Positions 25,801 to 38,095 of a stretch of 64,000 nucleotides of DNA are shown in pieces. A program made the translations under genes and the position numbers. The notes below the pieces were generated by a model. That model was not told where the DNA came from. It worked only from the letters and a program-made list of their open reading frames with translations, and made no database searches. Source of the stretch: Balanoglossus misakiensis (Eukaryota; Animalia; Hemichordata); contig CM082579.2 in the NCBI GenBank assembly GCA_040954595.2, positions 7,181,625-7,245,624 on the forward strand, given 5' to 3'. Position 1 is the stretch's first letter, and each line of letters begins with the position of its first letter.

Positions 25801-28800
25801 GAGCAGGGTGTTGTAGTGGGAGACAACCTTGTTCTCCGAAGTTTGGAAAGTACCAGCAACACCAAGAAGTCGGCGTTTGTGAGCGACAGTCTTGAAGAAT
25901 ACTTGAAGGAGAACGAGCAGCTTGCAAGTGAAGGGGAGAAGAAGATTGCTGAGAAATTTTCACATCCCCTGCTTCAGAGTAGCGCGGCCGGGATAACTTT
26001 CAAGATTCCAACGAAGCCCGCATCGGCGACGAAGATCAAAACGCTACACTCCGTCATGGCCAAGAAGGGAATCAATCTACCTGCCTTCAGGTCCTCTCAA
26101 GCGGTGAAGAAAAAGGTCAGTCCGAAGAAGAAGCCACGCGCAACCCCGGGACTGAAGAGTATACCGAGAAAGAAAAACACCCTCAAAGATGCGAAGAACG
26201 CGCTCATTTCATCCCAGGCGCTGTTGAAGAAATTGCCCAAACTCGGTGGTGCGGCTGAGGAGACTATGCAGAGATACACAATAGAAAGGCAGCGTCTGGA
26301 AGGGAGCACCATTGTGCACGAGAGGGCATCTGTAGTGGCACCCAGCAACGCGCAACCGTTTGGAGACTCCCTTTGTTACAATGGGGGCATCTTGATCAAG
26401 AAAACCAGTGACCCATGTCACGAATTGATAACACAGGGAACGCAGTTCAAAATCATTCACAGTCGACTGGTTCATCAGGTGTCTGACAACCCTGCTCAGG
26501 TGGTGGAGCCGTCCCAAGCTAAGAAGAAAAAAAAGGCATCAAGGAAGACGAAGAAACAGAAGAATTCTGGTCAGAATATTGTCACTGCCAACAGAGCACT
26601 TGCTGCTGTTTCAGCTCTGGCTGATAGCGAACACGATGCTTGCAATTATGTAACGGAAGACGGCAAAAGAATTGCCGTGAAAGATCCTCAGGGTAAAAAG
26701 TCGGCGACAAAGACATCCAAGACGGGTAGCCACAGTCAGAGGGAAAAAACAGAAATACAGAACAGGTTTTTGATAGAAGACGAGGTACCACTGCCGACGG
26801 AATCAGACAAACAGCCTGAGTATGACCATGAAGCAGTATCAGGGTACGTTAAACCAGTTCGGGGAGATTGGAGTCAGCCCCCTCCATGCGGGAAGGATTT
26901 CTGTCGCTTGGGATGCGTGTGTGCGAGCATCCGTAAGCCGTATGATGTCAACAAATCCAGTGATCACTGCAAGAAGGAAGAGTGCATGCTTGAGTGCGTC
27001 TGCTTTCTCAAAGAAAAGGACCAGCATCGCAGTGCCCGGGTGAAGAAAAGACCGTCGTTCTTCACGGAAGGTGGCATGGTGTTCTACGACGGTGCTGGAA
27101 TGTTTTCCCTGGACTACGCCAAGAATCCCAAGTTGCTGTGGCAGGCAGCATCGTCACAGCTGAGTAAGATTGCGGACGTCAAAAAGCAAATGAAGAAGAA
27201 ATCCCCTGTGAGTTCTACTGCCAGCGGCTCAACCGGTTCTGGAAAGAATCGCCGTAACTCTGACAAACAGATCGGTAAATCAGAGTCAAAAAAGGAGAGA
27301 CGTCCAGGTGACGTTCCAAAAGCTAAAGCTAAGGCATCCACGTGCGCCAGGACCTCGGTTTACAGCTACAAGAAAAGGCAGGTTTGTTCGTGCCACCTTG
27401 GAGATTCGACAGGAAGGCCGAAGGGCAAGAAGAACAAATGCTGTGACGTCATAGCCCCCACGTTGCAACCGTCCAAGGCATATTCGTCTTCAGCCGTTTT
27501 TTCGTCGGACAGGATATCATCGTTGAAGTTGGTGCCAAAGACCGGAGCCGTCGCTGTCCCCCAAAACAGAACTCCCGTCGCTTTTAGCCCAGTCACACAA
27601 CAAGGTATCGGTAAACTTTCACCAGGTGCTTTGAATCAAGGTAATGTGACTGTACAGCAAGAACCTAAGGTGATCGAAATAGTATCCGATTGTGACTGGC
27701 AAGGGGAGAAGGAGAAAATCCTGCAATGCATAGCCAAGCACACTTCGATGGCCGCGATACAACCAGAAGAGATGAGAGTTGGACGGTTCAGAATTGAAAT
27801 TGTACCAGTAAAGGACAAGGACACAAGTGTTGTGGACACAAATGCTCAAAAAGGTGTTGTCGCAGCAGTAACGTCCCGCGGTGAAGCTCCCCAGCTGAAG
27901 TTGCCAACAACGCACAAAGCAAACGGACCACAGGTGACTGTAGCAGGATCTTCCCAGGTGAGAAAGGAAACTTTGCCAAACCAGGCTCTCCCCGTCGGTG
28001 TTCATACCAGCCGTGTGTCGTCAGTCACCGCTACGTCGAGTGTGGTACCTGTTGGCCGTTCTTCAGCTGTTAGCTCCGTAGCTGTCGACTCCTGTGCCGC
28101 TACAACCATCAACCAGACACCCAGTCGTCAGGGAACAACACCACCAATTGTCTCTTCAAATGTGCCTGTAGTGGTTCCTTCAAATGTCATCTCAGCTGCC
28201 ACCGTTCAAGCGCCTGTTAACACGCTATCATCCAGTCCGACAACCAGTCCAAAAGAAACAACAACTGGTGAAGTTGGTGCCAGTCCAGTAGCAGTTGATT
28301 CTGCTGTCACTTCAGGGAATGCAACAAGTCAGCGAGCCACACCATCAACTGTTAACTCTCCGGATGCGTTACCTGTTACAATGTCTCCAAATGCAGTTGC
28401 ACCTGCACTGAAGCAAACAACGAGTCCACAGGCTATTCCATCTGCCATTGCTTCTTCTGGTGCCAGCTCACCATCCGTAGACTCGGCCACCGATATCATG
28501 AGTGACACTTCTGCTGTCCAAACGGTGAATGCCGCAATGCCAAATGCGATTCCTGTTTCAGTTTCTTCTCATCCCAGCCCACAAGCTGTTAACTCTGACG
28601 CCGAGACATCTGTTAGCAAGACATCCAATCAATCATCTGGAGATCAAGTGGATAAGAACATCTCCAGTCAGCAGGAAAAAACACCTGGTCAGCGCGTCAC
28701 CTTCAAACCACTTGAAGCAAAGACTCCCACACCAGAAGGCAAGACGCAAGCTCTTGTTCAGTCAGCAGAGACCGATGCTGACTGTGAACAGGTGTCAAAA

Positions 28801-31800
28801 GTTGGCACAGTTGAAGTGAGCCATTCACCAACAACGTCAGTGACTGGAAAGACAAGTCTAGCCGATCATCCAGTGACTTCAACAGCTTCAAAGCCAGATT
28901 CCCCACCTCCCAGTGCCAAAACTGTTGAAAATTTGCCTAAAACTTCGGCGAGCCCAAAGAGTCCCGATAAGTCGCTTGCTTTTGTTGGTGTGCCTCACAA
29001 AACCGTTGTTGGCAAGTCGGTACTTGTTCCTGTTTTCTTGTCCCAGTTGGAGCTGAAGGCGGACGAGAAGGCGGTCACTGGTGTCAAAGGAGAAACATTG
29101 AAGAAGGCAATGAGAGTTTTCAATGCCAAAGGAGAGAAAATCACCCTGCCTGCTGGTAGTGCAATTTATATTCCTTCAAAGGTGGTTGGTGACAAACAGA
29201 TCTTAAAACCCCTGGTGATTTCAAACGCAGACCCAGGCACAACCAGAAACGAGAAGCAGCTGCCTCGTGTAACACTCATTCCACCGCCAACAAAAACAAT
29301 AAAGGCACCGACGTTACGATATGACCGACCTGGTTTTGAAAGAATTTCTAGCCGGAAAGTGACAAAAGTGAGCTTGGACGACACCGTACCAAAAGATGGA
29401 GCGATGGTGTATGTTCAGTCCAAATCGGATGATGGTTTGTTTGCTGTAGTACGTGCAAAGACCAACCCTCCTGTGATCAAACTGCAAACTGGCGAAAACC
29501 TGGCAAGTATTCTGAAAGTTAACGATGCTGTGATCTTTGAAGATCCCAACAAGAACATTCCCAAATCACCTACAGCGTCAAGTGCTGTGCCAGCTCCAAC
29601 GGTATCTGCTGTGCCTGTGGGAACGATGGGGAAATCTCTCACGGTCTCTCCTACCACACTGGTCCCTCAAAAAGTCCTGTTGACAAGTCGAGCAAAACCT
29701 TTCCTTGTTACTCCGGCAACAACCAAAACAGTGTCGTCTGTAGATGCACCAAGATCCAGTTGTCTCACTCCAGCGCAAGCTCAAAACTCGGTCTCAGACG
29801 ACAAAACTGTATCAATGGTATCTCCTCAACCGCCAAAAGTCACATGTGTATCACCAACACAGGTTGACAGTAGGACAGTCCAGGTGTCAAACAGCACACA
29901 CCCAAGATCACCGCCATCCGATAAGGAAGTCCCCAGGTCGTATACAGAGTCTGCTCTTGTATCGGTCACAACAGACACAGTGTCTTATACGCAGATGGAG
30001 ACAGCTTCTAGTATGACAACCACTGCACAAATAACGCCGAAAGCCAAAATGATGAATGATGCGACTCCAACGGCTACAAGGGTAACGACAGGTACTGTGG
30101 TGTCATCTCCAGATGTGCCCAATTCAGCGCAAGCAGAAGTTTCTGAATCGCAGACTTCAAGTGACACAGATACACCAAGAAAATCAACTACTCAATCATC
30201 ATCAGTCTCTTGTTCATCCTCGGCACCAGTGACTGTGGTGGGAGAGCAGATTTCAAACAGCGTAGTGCCAACCACTTCAGATAAGGACAATCCCAGTTTA
30301 TTAGCTGTAGTGCCAGTCACAGCGTCCTCCACAGTTTCTTCGATGCCGAAGGAGAACACTGGCGGTATCACAAAGGCCACGACACCAAGTCCCGAGAAAG
30401 TGATAACGACCGGAGGTGTAACTCGTACAACTGCAACCGTCACAACAACAACCACGACGCCATCAAATGTCGCCCTGAACGTGCCCACAACAAGCCCCAC
30501 CACGGGCGTGTGTGTGAAACAGCGGTTTAACGTCAGAAGATTGGATGTGCCCGCGGCTTCGAGATCCAACTACCGGCCTTTAGCACCTGCCCTACCCCCT
30601 GCCATGGTTGTACAGCTTGTCCCTGTGGGAGAGCCGTTTCCCATGTCCAAACTGCTGTCTGCCAAGAACAAAACTACGCCGATCGTGCTGAGTTCAGCTG
30701 CCGCCTCGCCAGCCCTCGGTGGCGGGCCCACAAATCTGTTGATTCGACCGCAGGCGGAGAGCGCTCCGGTCAAACAGCAATTCAGAATTAGCAGAGTCCC
30801 CGCCGATGCTACTGGAAAGGAGAAGAGTGGGCCACTGCCGGATGGGTCCCTTTCCCGAAGCCATTTGGTGACGGCAGGGAACGGGAATGACAAGAACAGC
30901 TCGGAACCGCCGGTGGAAAGGCCAACAATCAGTCTGAAATGCGAGGAAAAGCTGGGTCCATCAGATGAGGAGTTCAAGTCGACAGACGATGAAAAGAGCG
31001 GCGCCAACCCAAATTATCCGTTCGTGAATACTGTCGAGGTGCATACTATGCCGTCCAGCGACACTGAAGAAATAATTGATGTGGAAAGCTGTCCCGTGGA
31101 AAATGGCACTGAAGGTGGGGAAAGCCTCAGACGACAGGACTGTCTGACAGAACAGGATGAAGAAATAATTGATGTGGAGGAATACGACAGCAATGGAAAG
31201 CAGTCGGAGAAATTGAAACAGGCACTGGGTGCCAATTTTACACCAGTCCCTGGATGCCAGATTCACAGTTACAAGAGAAAGAGAAAATCGCCACCGCCAA
31301 CTGAAAGTGATCACCAGCGGGCAGGTGCAAGTTGGGCTTCACCTCCTCCAACACAAGCTGGCCTTTCTGGCCGAGACCCTCGTGCTCTCCATAATAGCAC
31401 ACAGAAAAGCAGTCATGCCACAAAACCGCCGAGTTTTGCCCATCAGATTGGACAGGTTGCGAGAGCACCAGGTGCGACCAATAGTTCAAATGGACTGACT
31501 CTGGATTCATCTGGCCATCATAATGGAAAGCAGACGTGGAAAGTTGTCCCGATTCCAAAACCCGGTGGAAGCGATGCAAAGGGTCAAGAGAGGAAGAACG
31601 TCGATCCAGATTGTAACCTGCCTCCAGGCGAACTGCACAACTTTCGAGAGAGGGAAAGGAGAAATTTTATGGCCGAACAGTTCAAAAGGCTGAAAAAATT
31701 GTTATTCTTCAATGAAGACAAGATTGCCAAAATAGTAGTTCTCCGAGAGGCAAGTTCTTCCAAAGTTTCATCATCAAACTGACAGGGTTCATGATTTGCT

Positions 31801-34397
31801 TGTTTCTAATCAAGGCATAAATATCCTAAAAATCTGAAAAGTTTCATTTTTACTTGCATTCAAATTTCTTATTTGCAAATTTAATGTGTTGTTTTAACTT
31901 GCCAAATTTTCTTTGTCTGTTGTTTGTGTACATGAAAATGAACTGCGTCTGAGAAAATTGAAAGAAACCAAAATATTAGTCAAATCTTTTAGTTTTACCA
32001 ATGTTGATTCATTGCAACTACTTGGTAAAAGTACTTGGATGGGTACTTTCAGGATGAAATGCATTAGTTTTGTTTTATCAGTTATTGAAATTAATCAAGA
32101 TTGTTTTATGTTCTTTTTGTTCTTCAGAGCATGATGGAGATTAAGATGCAGAATGATCTGACTGGCCAATTAGCAGTGAAACGGGCGACGTTGTTAGAAG
32201 AGAGAAAGAGTAAACATGTCCAACTCCTCAAACATTTAGGTAATGATGGTTGAATTCTTGTGGAAATGTGTTTGTGACTACCATTGACTGATCGTCCTAA
32301 TACTGCAGAGTTGTGTTTTAGAAAATGACTTCAAAACCAATTGACATCAATACAGGCTATGTAAAAATTACCAGGTTTGTGTAATGATGATATTGTAAAG
32401 AGCAATCATCTTGAATCAGGTTTAAAATAAGAACGCCTGTGTGTACACTGTGTCTATGGCCAGTACTGTGGTACACTGAACCATTGGCTGTTGTTGCATA
32501 GCACATAAGCTAGAAATCATTTTTTTTTTATATTAAACCAAATTTTATTCTATGCTATCTCGCCTTTAGTGTAGACTGACTAGAAGTTGACCCAATCTTC
32601 ATTTAGGAGAGTTCCTTGAAAATTTATTGACATCAATAAACAAGACTAACATTCCAGTTAAATGTCCAGACTGAGGTACCTATTTAGCAAAGGGTATCAT
32701 GCATGTATGTGAGTGGAGTGATAACTAATAAAACATTTTGCTTTTTATTTCCAGCCCAACTGGCAGCAGACAAAAGTGTGAAGTTTGACCAGAAAATGGC
32801 TCTGATAGAATCCATACGACACATGCATGGCAAGGAACTACACAGACTCAAGGAGAAAGAAAAAGAGCGACTGAAATCTAAGGCGTCTTCGGACGCAGGA
32901 GGTACACCGCAGGACTCACCAAGTACGGAGATACAAGATTTGCTGAGTGTCAAAATAGACCTCGGGAGGCCATTCGTACCTGATGTCCAGAAGCCAGGAT
33001 CTGGGAAACCCCAACGTGCGATTTCTTCTCAACATGGAGCCGGTGCCGAGAAACTGACAAGAGTATTGAGCGCCACAAGCAGCGATGAAAACAGAGAACG
33101 TAAATCCAGATCACCGCAGTCAAATGTGAACCGTAAGAACAAAGACACTGACCCGAATAGCAGGGCTGGTGCACAGACCATCTCGGCTATGGTCTTGAGG
33201 GAGGACGAGGGACATTCTCCAAGTGACTGTGGGCTGGAAAAAGCAAAGAGTGAGGCTGCGGCACACGCTGACTGTGTTGCGGTTAGTACTGTGATGCACA
33301 GCCCCGAAGTTGATGCGTTGAATGCAGTGGGGAGTGTGTTGGATGCTGGTCAAGAAGAAAAGATCATCATCATCAGTGGGTTGCCAGAACTTAAGGATGA
33401 CGGCGTCGTTCCTGCAGGTGATGGCAATCCCGCGCCTCGAACAAGCGACGAAAACGAAGTGGCAGTGTTTGAATCCGCGGACGACAGCCCAGGCCCTGCC
33501 CCTTCACCTGCGGGTAGCCCAACACCAGTGCCAGTATCCTTAACCATGTCGGCCAATTGTATGCAGCTGGCAACACACATGATGGACGAGCCAACGGCGC
33601 GGACACCTTTGCCTCCATCCGGGGCTGGCAGTTACGACAATGCAAGTACGGTCTCGAGGATGACATGTCAGAATACTACCCAAGAGTCTTCAGTCCTGGT
33701 AGTGGACAATGATGGCAGCATCAAGCCAATGAATATGGTGACCGGTGATGACGGGGGTGCCAACGAAGCCGGAGAACAGATCGCCATGGAAACGGCGGAG
33801 TCGGAAAGCCAGGACGGGAGCATGATAGTAGAGAGTGATCCGACAGTCCCCGCCGCGACTCTCCAGGAAATCGCGGAACACCAGCTGGGAGAGACGGTGA
33901 ACAAGCTGAACCACGAAGCCCGCGATTACGGCGCCAGGGTTGTAAAGATGAAGATTTCCGTCGGGGGAGACGCCGAGCCGGTCGAGTTGTCCGTGTTTGT
34001 GCCGGCCGGGGAGAAACTTCCAGCACCCCCAGACGGATGCACGGAATACGCGATCTCGGAACTGCCCAAGGGTAGTTCAGTGCGTGACAAAAGTGATCGG
34101 GTCGGCACGGAAGCCAGTGTGACACGAGGGAGTCAGCGCAACAGTCGCTCTGAGCAAAGTGGTGTGGTCGTTGTGGAACCTGGTAGTCGGGACCACGCGC
34201 CACAGAATCTGGAGAATCCAGCAGACTCTGAAAACAGTAATGATTCACATATTATAATCATTGATGACGATGGAGACAACGTGAGTGTCTCCAGCGGCTT
34301 GCGGGTCCAGAACTCTCCGTGTCCTCCTCAAGAAGCAGCCAATCAGGACAGTCCAAGGTTCCTGTACTTATCAGACTCTAATGATAGTGAGCAGTAA
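22801..34397 (+). CDS. MGA: MAX gene-associated protein (MGA)-like bHLH-Zip factor without T-box, ~3567 aa
   Basis: Coding exons 22801-31749 (exon begins 22788), 32128-32239, 32755-34397 sum to 10704 nt in one frame. MGA signature blocks: FDEVDDIIFMSFASSDAIHIH, Cys-rich MGA/DUF4801 domain PPPCGKDFCRLGCVCASI..HCKKEECMLECVC (26878-27003), STCARTSVY, IEIVSDCDWQGEKEKIL, and bHLH-Zip HNFRERERRNFMAEQFKRLKKLL..KIAKIVVLRE|SMMEIKMQNDLTGQLAVKRATLLEERK. The first coding intron has a GC donor (gag|gcaagt). Confidence 0.88.
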
Positions 34398-35850
34398 TAG
34401 CAACAACTGTAACTAAATACACACTGTACACGAAAACAAATCTTTTGGCTAAAAATCATACAGATATTTTGCAGATATCTTGATTGATTTCATTAATGTG
34501 GATGAAGGTATATTTTGTGTTAATTATGGGTTAATTTAACACAAGTAACTGTACAAGATAACATCATCACATTTCATTTTAGTCAGAAGTATTACATAAT
34601 TTGTTTTCCCACCCACTCAGAAAATATTAGTGACTTTTTTTTCCATTGTGTGCTGCATTATGATGTTTTAATAACAGAACCTAGACTTTGTCTTCTTCAT
34701 AAATAAATTATGCAGTCAGCTTTTCAAAGCACTGCACATTCGTTACTGAACAGTTTTAGGAGTCATTGTTTTTATACATAAAAAAATATATTGTTTTCTA
34801 GTACAAAAAAAAATATTGAAAACCACTATTTGCCAGCTCAGATATAGCTGGGCAATGCTTGTAAAAAATAGTAGTGATGTAACCATTTTCATGTGACATC
34901 GTCATAGATACCAAACCTTTAAGTGACAAAAACTTTTCTTTTAGTATACATTGTTGATACTTGGCTAGTGTATATAGAATTGAATATTAAAAAAAAGGAT
35001 TTCTTGTTTGTGACCTTATGGTTTTCTTCTTACTGAATGTTCATCTACCTCAGTGGCAGTATGCTTTTGAAAATGTCATTGAGAGAGTGACATAGTGTGA
35101 AAAGGACCACCACTTTCTCTTCATTCTCTGCCAATTACAAAACATAACTATGTCACTGAAAAAAAAATAGAATTTCCTTTCAGTCTTGGCATATATTTTG
35201 AGGTCAAATATTTTGAATGGGTGTGATTGCTATATTGAGTGTTTAATCCGTCTAATGCAATTCACACAAGAATGAATGTATGTATTTATGACACTGCCAA
35301 ACATCCTAGAGCTTTCTTCAAAATGTGTACATCTCATTCATATTTCAAATGTATTTACAAAGGCATTTAAGCCATCAAAATGCTGTTAGCAACTGTCTGG
35401 CCTTAACGGTTGGTCTTAAAATGATTCATAAACAGAAATAGCTGTCCCTGGTATGAATCTTTGATTGAAGATGCCAATTTATGTTGTTTTTCTTTAAATT
35501 GGCAAATGCAGAATATAAGTTGTGGCCTTATGTACATAGGACAGCAAATTTCCACAGTTTATATAATTTCAGTTATAGTTTTAGTAAATGAGAAATACTC
35601 AAATGTTTAATTGTAGTCTAATTTTGGCAATGAGAAATACTAAAATCCAATGTTAGGAGAGTGTTCCCGAGCAGATGTGGACCGCTTTCTTTTGATAAAT
35701 TTGAACTTCTTGTATCGGGAATTCTTTCTGAGTGATCTTTGCATAACAGAAATCTGTATGATATTTCTTTGCTATCAGTAGATTTTGTTCTATAGTTTTT
35801 CACCTGCGTTTTGAGGTCTGATAAATAAAATCCAACATAAGATTAACTGC
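34398..35850 (+). other. probable MGA 3' UTR
   Basis: AT-rich sequence after the TAA stop; AATAAA at 35824. Confidence 0.45.
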
Positions 35851-37099
35851 TCTATTGTTATCATTTCTGTACAGTAGAAGACCAACAAACTGGAACAGCT
35901 TTGGGAAAAGTTTGTTCTGGTTGATTCATTTGGAGCGCCCTCAGTAGGTGACTAGTGCGATCAAGTCGTCATCTCGCATCCATCATGTCCTACACTTGAC
36001 GGACTTGTGTAACGAAGTCGACTTTTTTGTTTGGAAAACCGAAAAGTACTGTACCCCTGTTAGTTTTCACGGTGTACAACTTCAAAGTTGTGTAAAAAGT
36101 TCTGTTTTCATCGGCAGGAGAGTGGGTTTCGCTCGAAAATATACAGCATTTGAAGAAAGGCCAGGAGGCAATTTGTTGTAAATGAAAAAGGAAGCTCGTG
36201 ACCATACACTTCCCTAACGTTTTTTCTAAGTGGGGTAAAAGGTGTGAACGTTTTTGTTATTGTTGACTTGTTATCACCTGTAAAGACCAAGAAGAGGGGA
36301 ATACTAGTACATGTATTTTGAACGGAAAAAGTATAAATTTCTCAAATTCAAGTTACGGGGGCGTCCGAGGAGCTCCTCTAAACTTTGCAGCTACTTTTTT
36401 ACCTTTACTATGTTACGTACCTTCTTGTTCCGTCCGAAATTCCTTGTTGATCTGTTGGTGATGATTGCCTAAGATTACAACCCATAAACGTATTTTGCAT
36501 TTTCGGCTCTAGTTTGAAACCAAAAGCAACTTTAATTTGGCTGATCTCGTTTAGATTGTATTGCTCTTCATTGCGTGGGCTTTAAAAGGCTTTAGGCCTA
36601 CATCTTCAATTGATTAATTTTAATCGCCGCCACCATACCCGTCCCGGTAAAATAATGTGGAAAAAAAGTAATACTTACTATGCCCGGACGATGTTTTATT
36701 TTATTACCTCCATCAAACGGACAGATGACTCAGTAGGCCTATATAGCCTAAGACAGCTGTGTTTGACATCAAAATTTAAAAGTTAAAAACGAGTTTTTCG
36801 TTTAGGCCCAGGCAATACAAGCTGTCGGAATCCATCGTTTCCACCAACTTAGTTCTAGGCACTGACAATTTTGCAAAACTTGATTTATTGAATTATGTAA
36901 AGGTAGCAGGGACCTCCATGATGTAATATTCTGATACACTGGTTGCCCACGCAACGTAAATACAGTACACTTTGGCCTAACACAACAAGACTTCGGTTCC
37001 TGCGGCTGAGTCCCGAAGTGAATATGATTTTACATTCGATTTGCATTTTATATCTTACTTCTATGCTTATGTCAAAATAGCGACTGTATAACCTGGGAA

Positions 37100-37720
37100 G
37101 ACCATATTTGCCTACAATAATAACACATTGTTCGTTCCATCATAATTATGTAAATAACCGTGTCCTCAGCCGAACCGACGTAAAATGACTCATGGTCGCG
37201 GCTTCTTCGATTATTTTCCTGTTGCCGCCGGCAGTGCCGTCGACTGTCTAAACAGTGCTGCTTATTTAACATCACGAATAATTACAGGACATGAAATTCA
37301 GGACAAAGTAGGATAATCGGCACGTTCAAAAATACCGAAAGTGTAAACTACAAACTCAAAAAACGAAGGATGAATAAAATCCAAGCACGGTGATGTTACT
37401 CGGTGCACCTGACGCCTAGCTGGACGCCCACTTCAATCGAATGGTTTGTCCCAGTGACTACAGCGTGCACCAAAACGAGGCAATCTTTAACTGGGCAGAC
37501 ACATCGAGCAGCAGAGAGACAGTGACCTAGTGGTGTATTGTCTGGCGCTGCCTTGGCCGACGAGTTTTTTGCGGCTGCCACCTGAGATGAGTTTCTGAGA
37601 AAATCGCACCGGTTCCGTCGTGTGGTTGAAGACTGTGTTCCTGTGTCCGTCGCTTTATCGCCATCGCACCGAGAGTCGTATTCTAGCCGGGTGGTTTGAA
37701 CCTTTATCATCAGAGTGAGT
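37100..37720 (+). promoter_or_regulatory. probable DCLK promoter and non-coding first exon
   Basis: CpG-rich island upstream of the acceptor at 37991; candidate donor gtgagt at 37715; AP-1 heptamer at 37186. Confidence 0.45.
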
Positions 37721-38095
37721 AATACAGTAGCGTTTGTCTTTTCCGTTGTTCGAATGCACTTGCACTTTTCCTTCGCATCCCATCCATCCCACATGAAACA
37801 TACATATATGGATGTCTGTCAAATTCAAATTTATCGGTTTTTTTGTTAACCTCAGAAATAATGTAGTTTTTTTCTGTTTGCCCATTTTGTGCAACGAATG
37901 ACGGATATTGGAGTACAAAATTATCTGGATTAATTTTTAAATATACATAATATTGATCGGAACTAATTAATTATTTCTTTTTTGCTCCAAGGTGCCTGAG
38001 AAAATTTAGCATCCCCATCTTCGCTCCAGCACATTGCCCCTAAAACCCTGTACAATTTACATTCAAAAATCCCAGTTGTGGACAAATTTGCAGGC

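Noticed and set aside
31255-31272. QIHSY as an HCF-1-binding motif
   Set aside because: It does not match the (D/E)HxY consensus or the MYC QHNY variant closely enough.
22932-34248. Numerous minus-strand and alternate-frame ORFs over MGA
   Set aside because: Shadow ORFs of a long, GC-richer coding exon, with no recognisable domains.
32703-34397. 564-aa ORF as a separate gene
   Set aside because: Its 5' part is intronic; from 32755 it joins in phase 1 as the last MGA exon.
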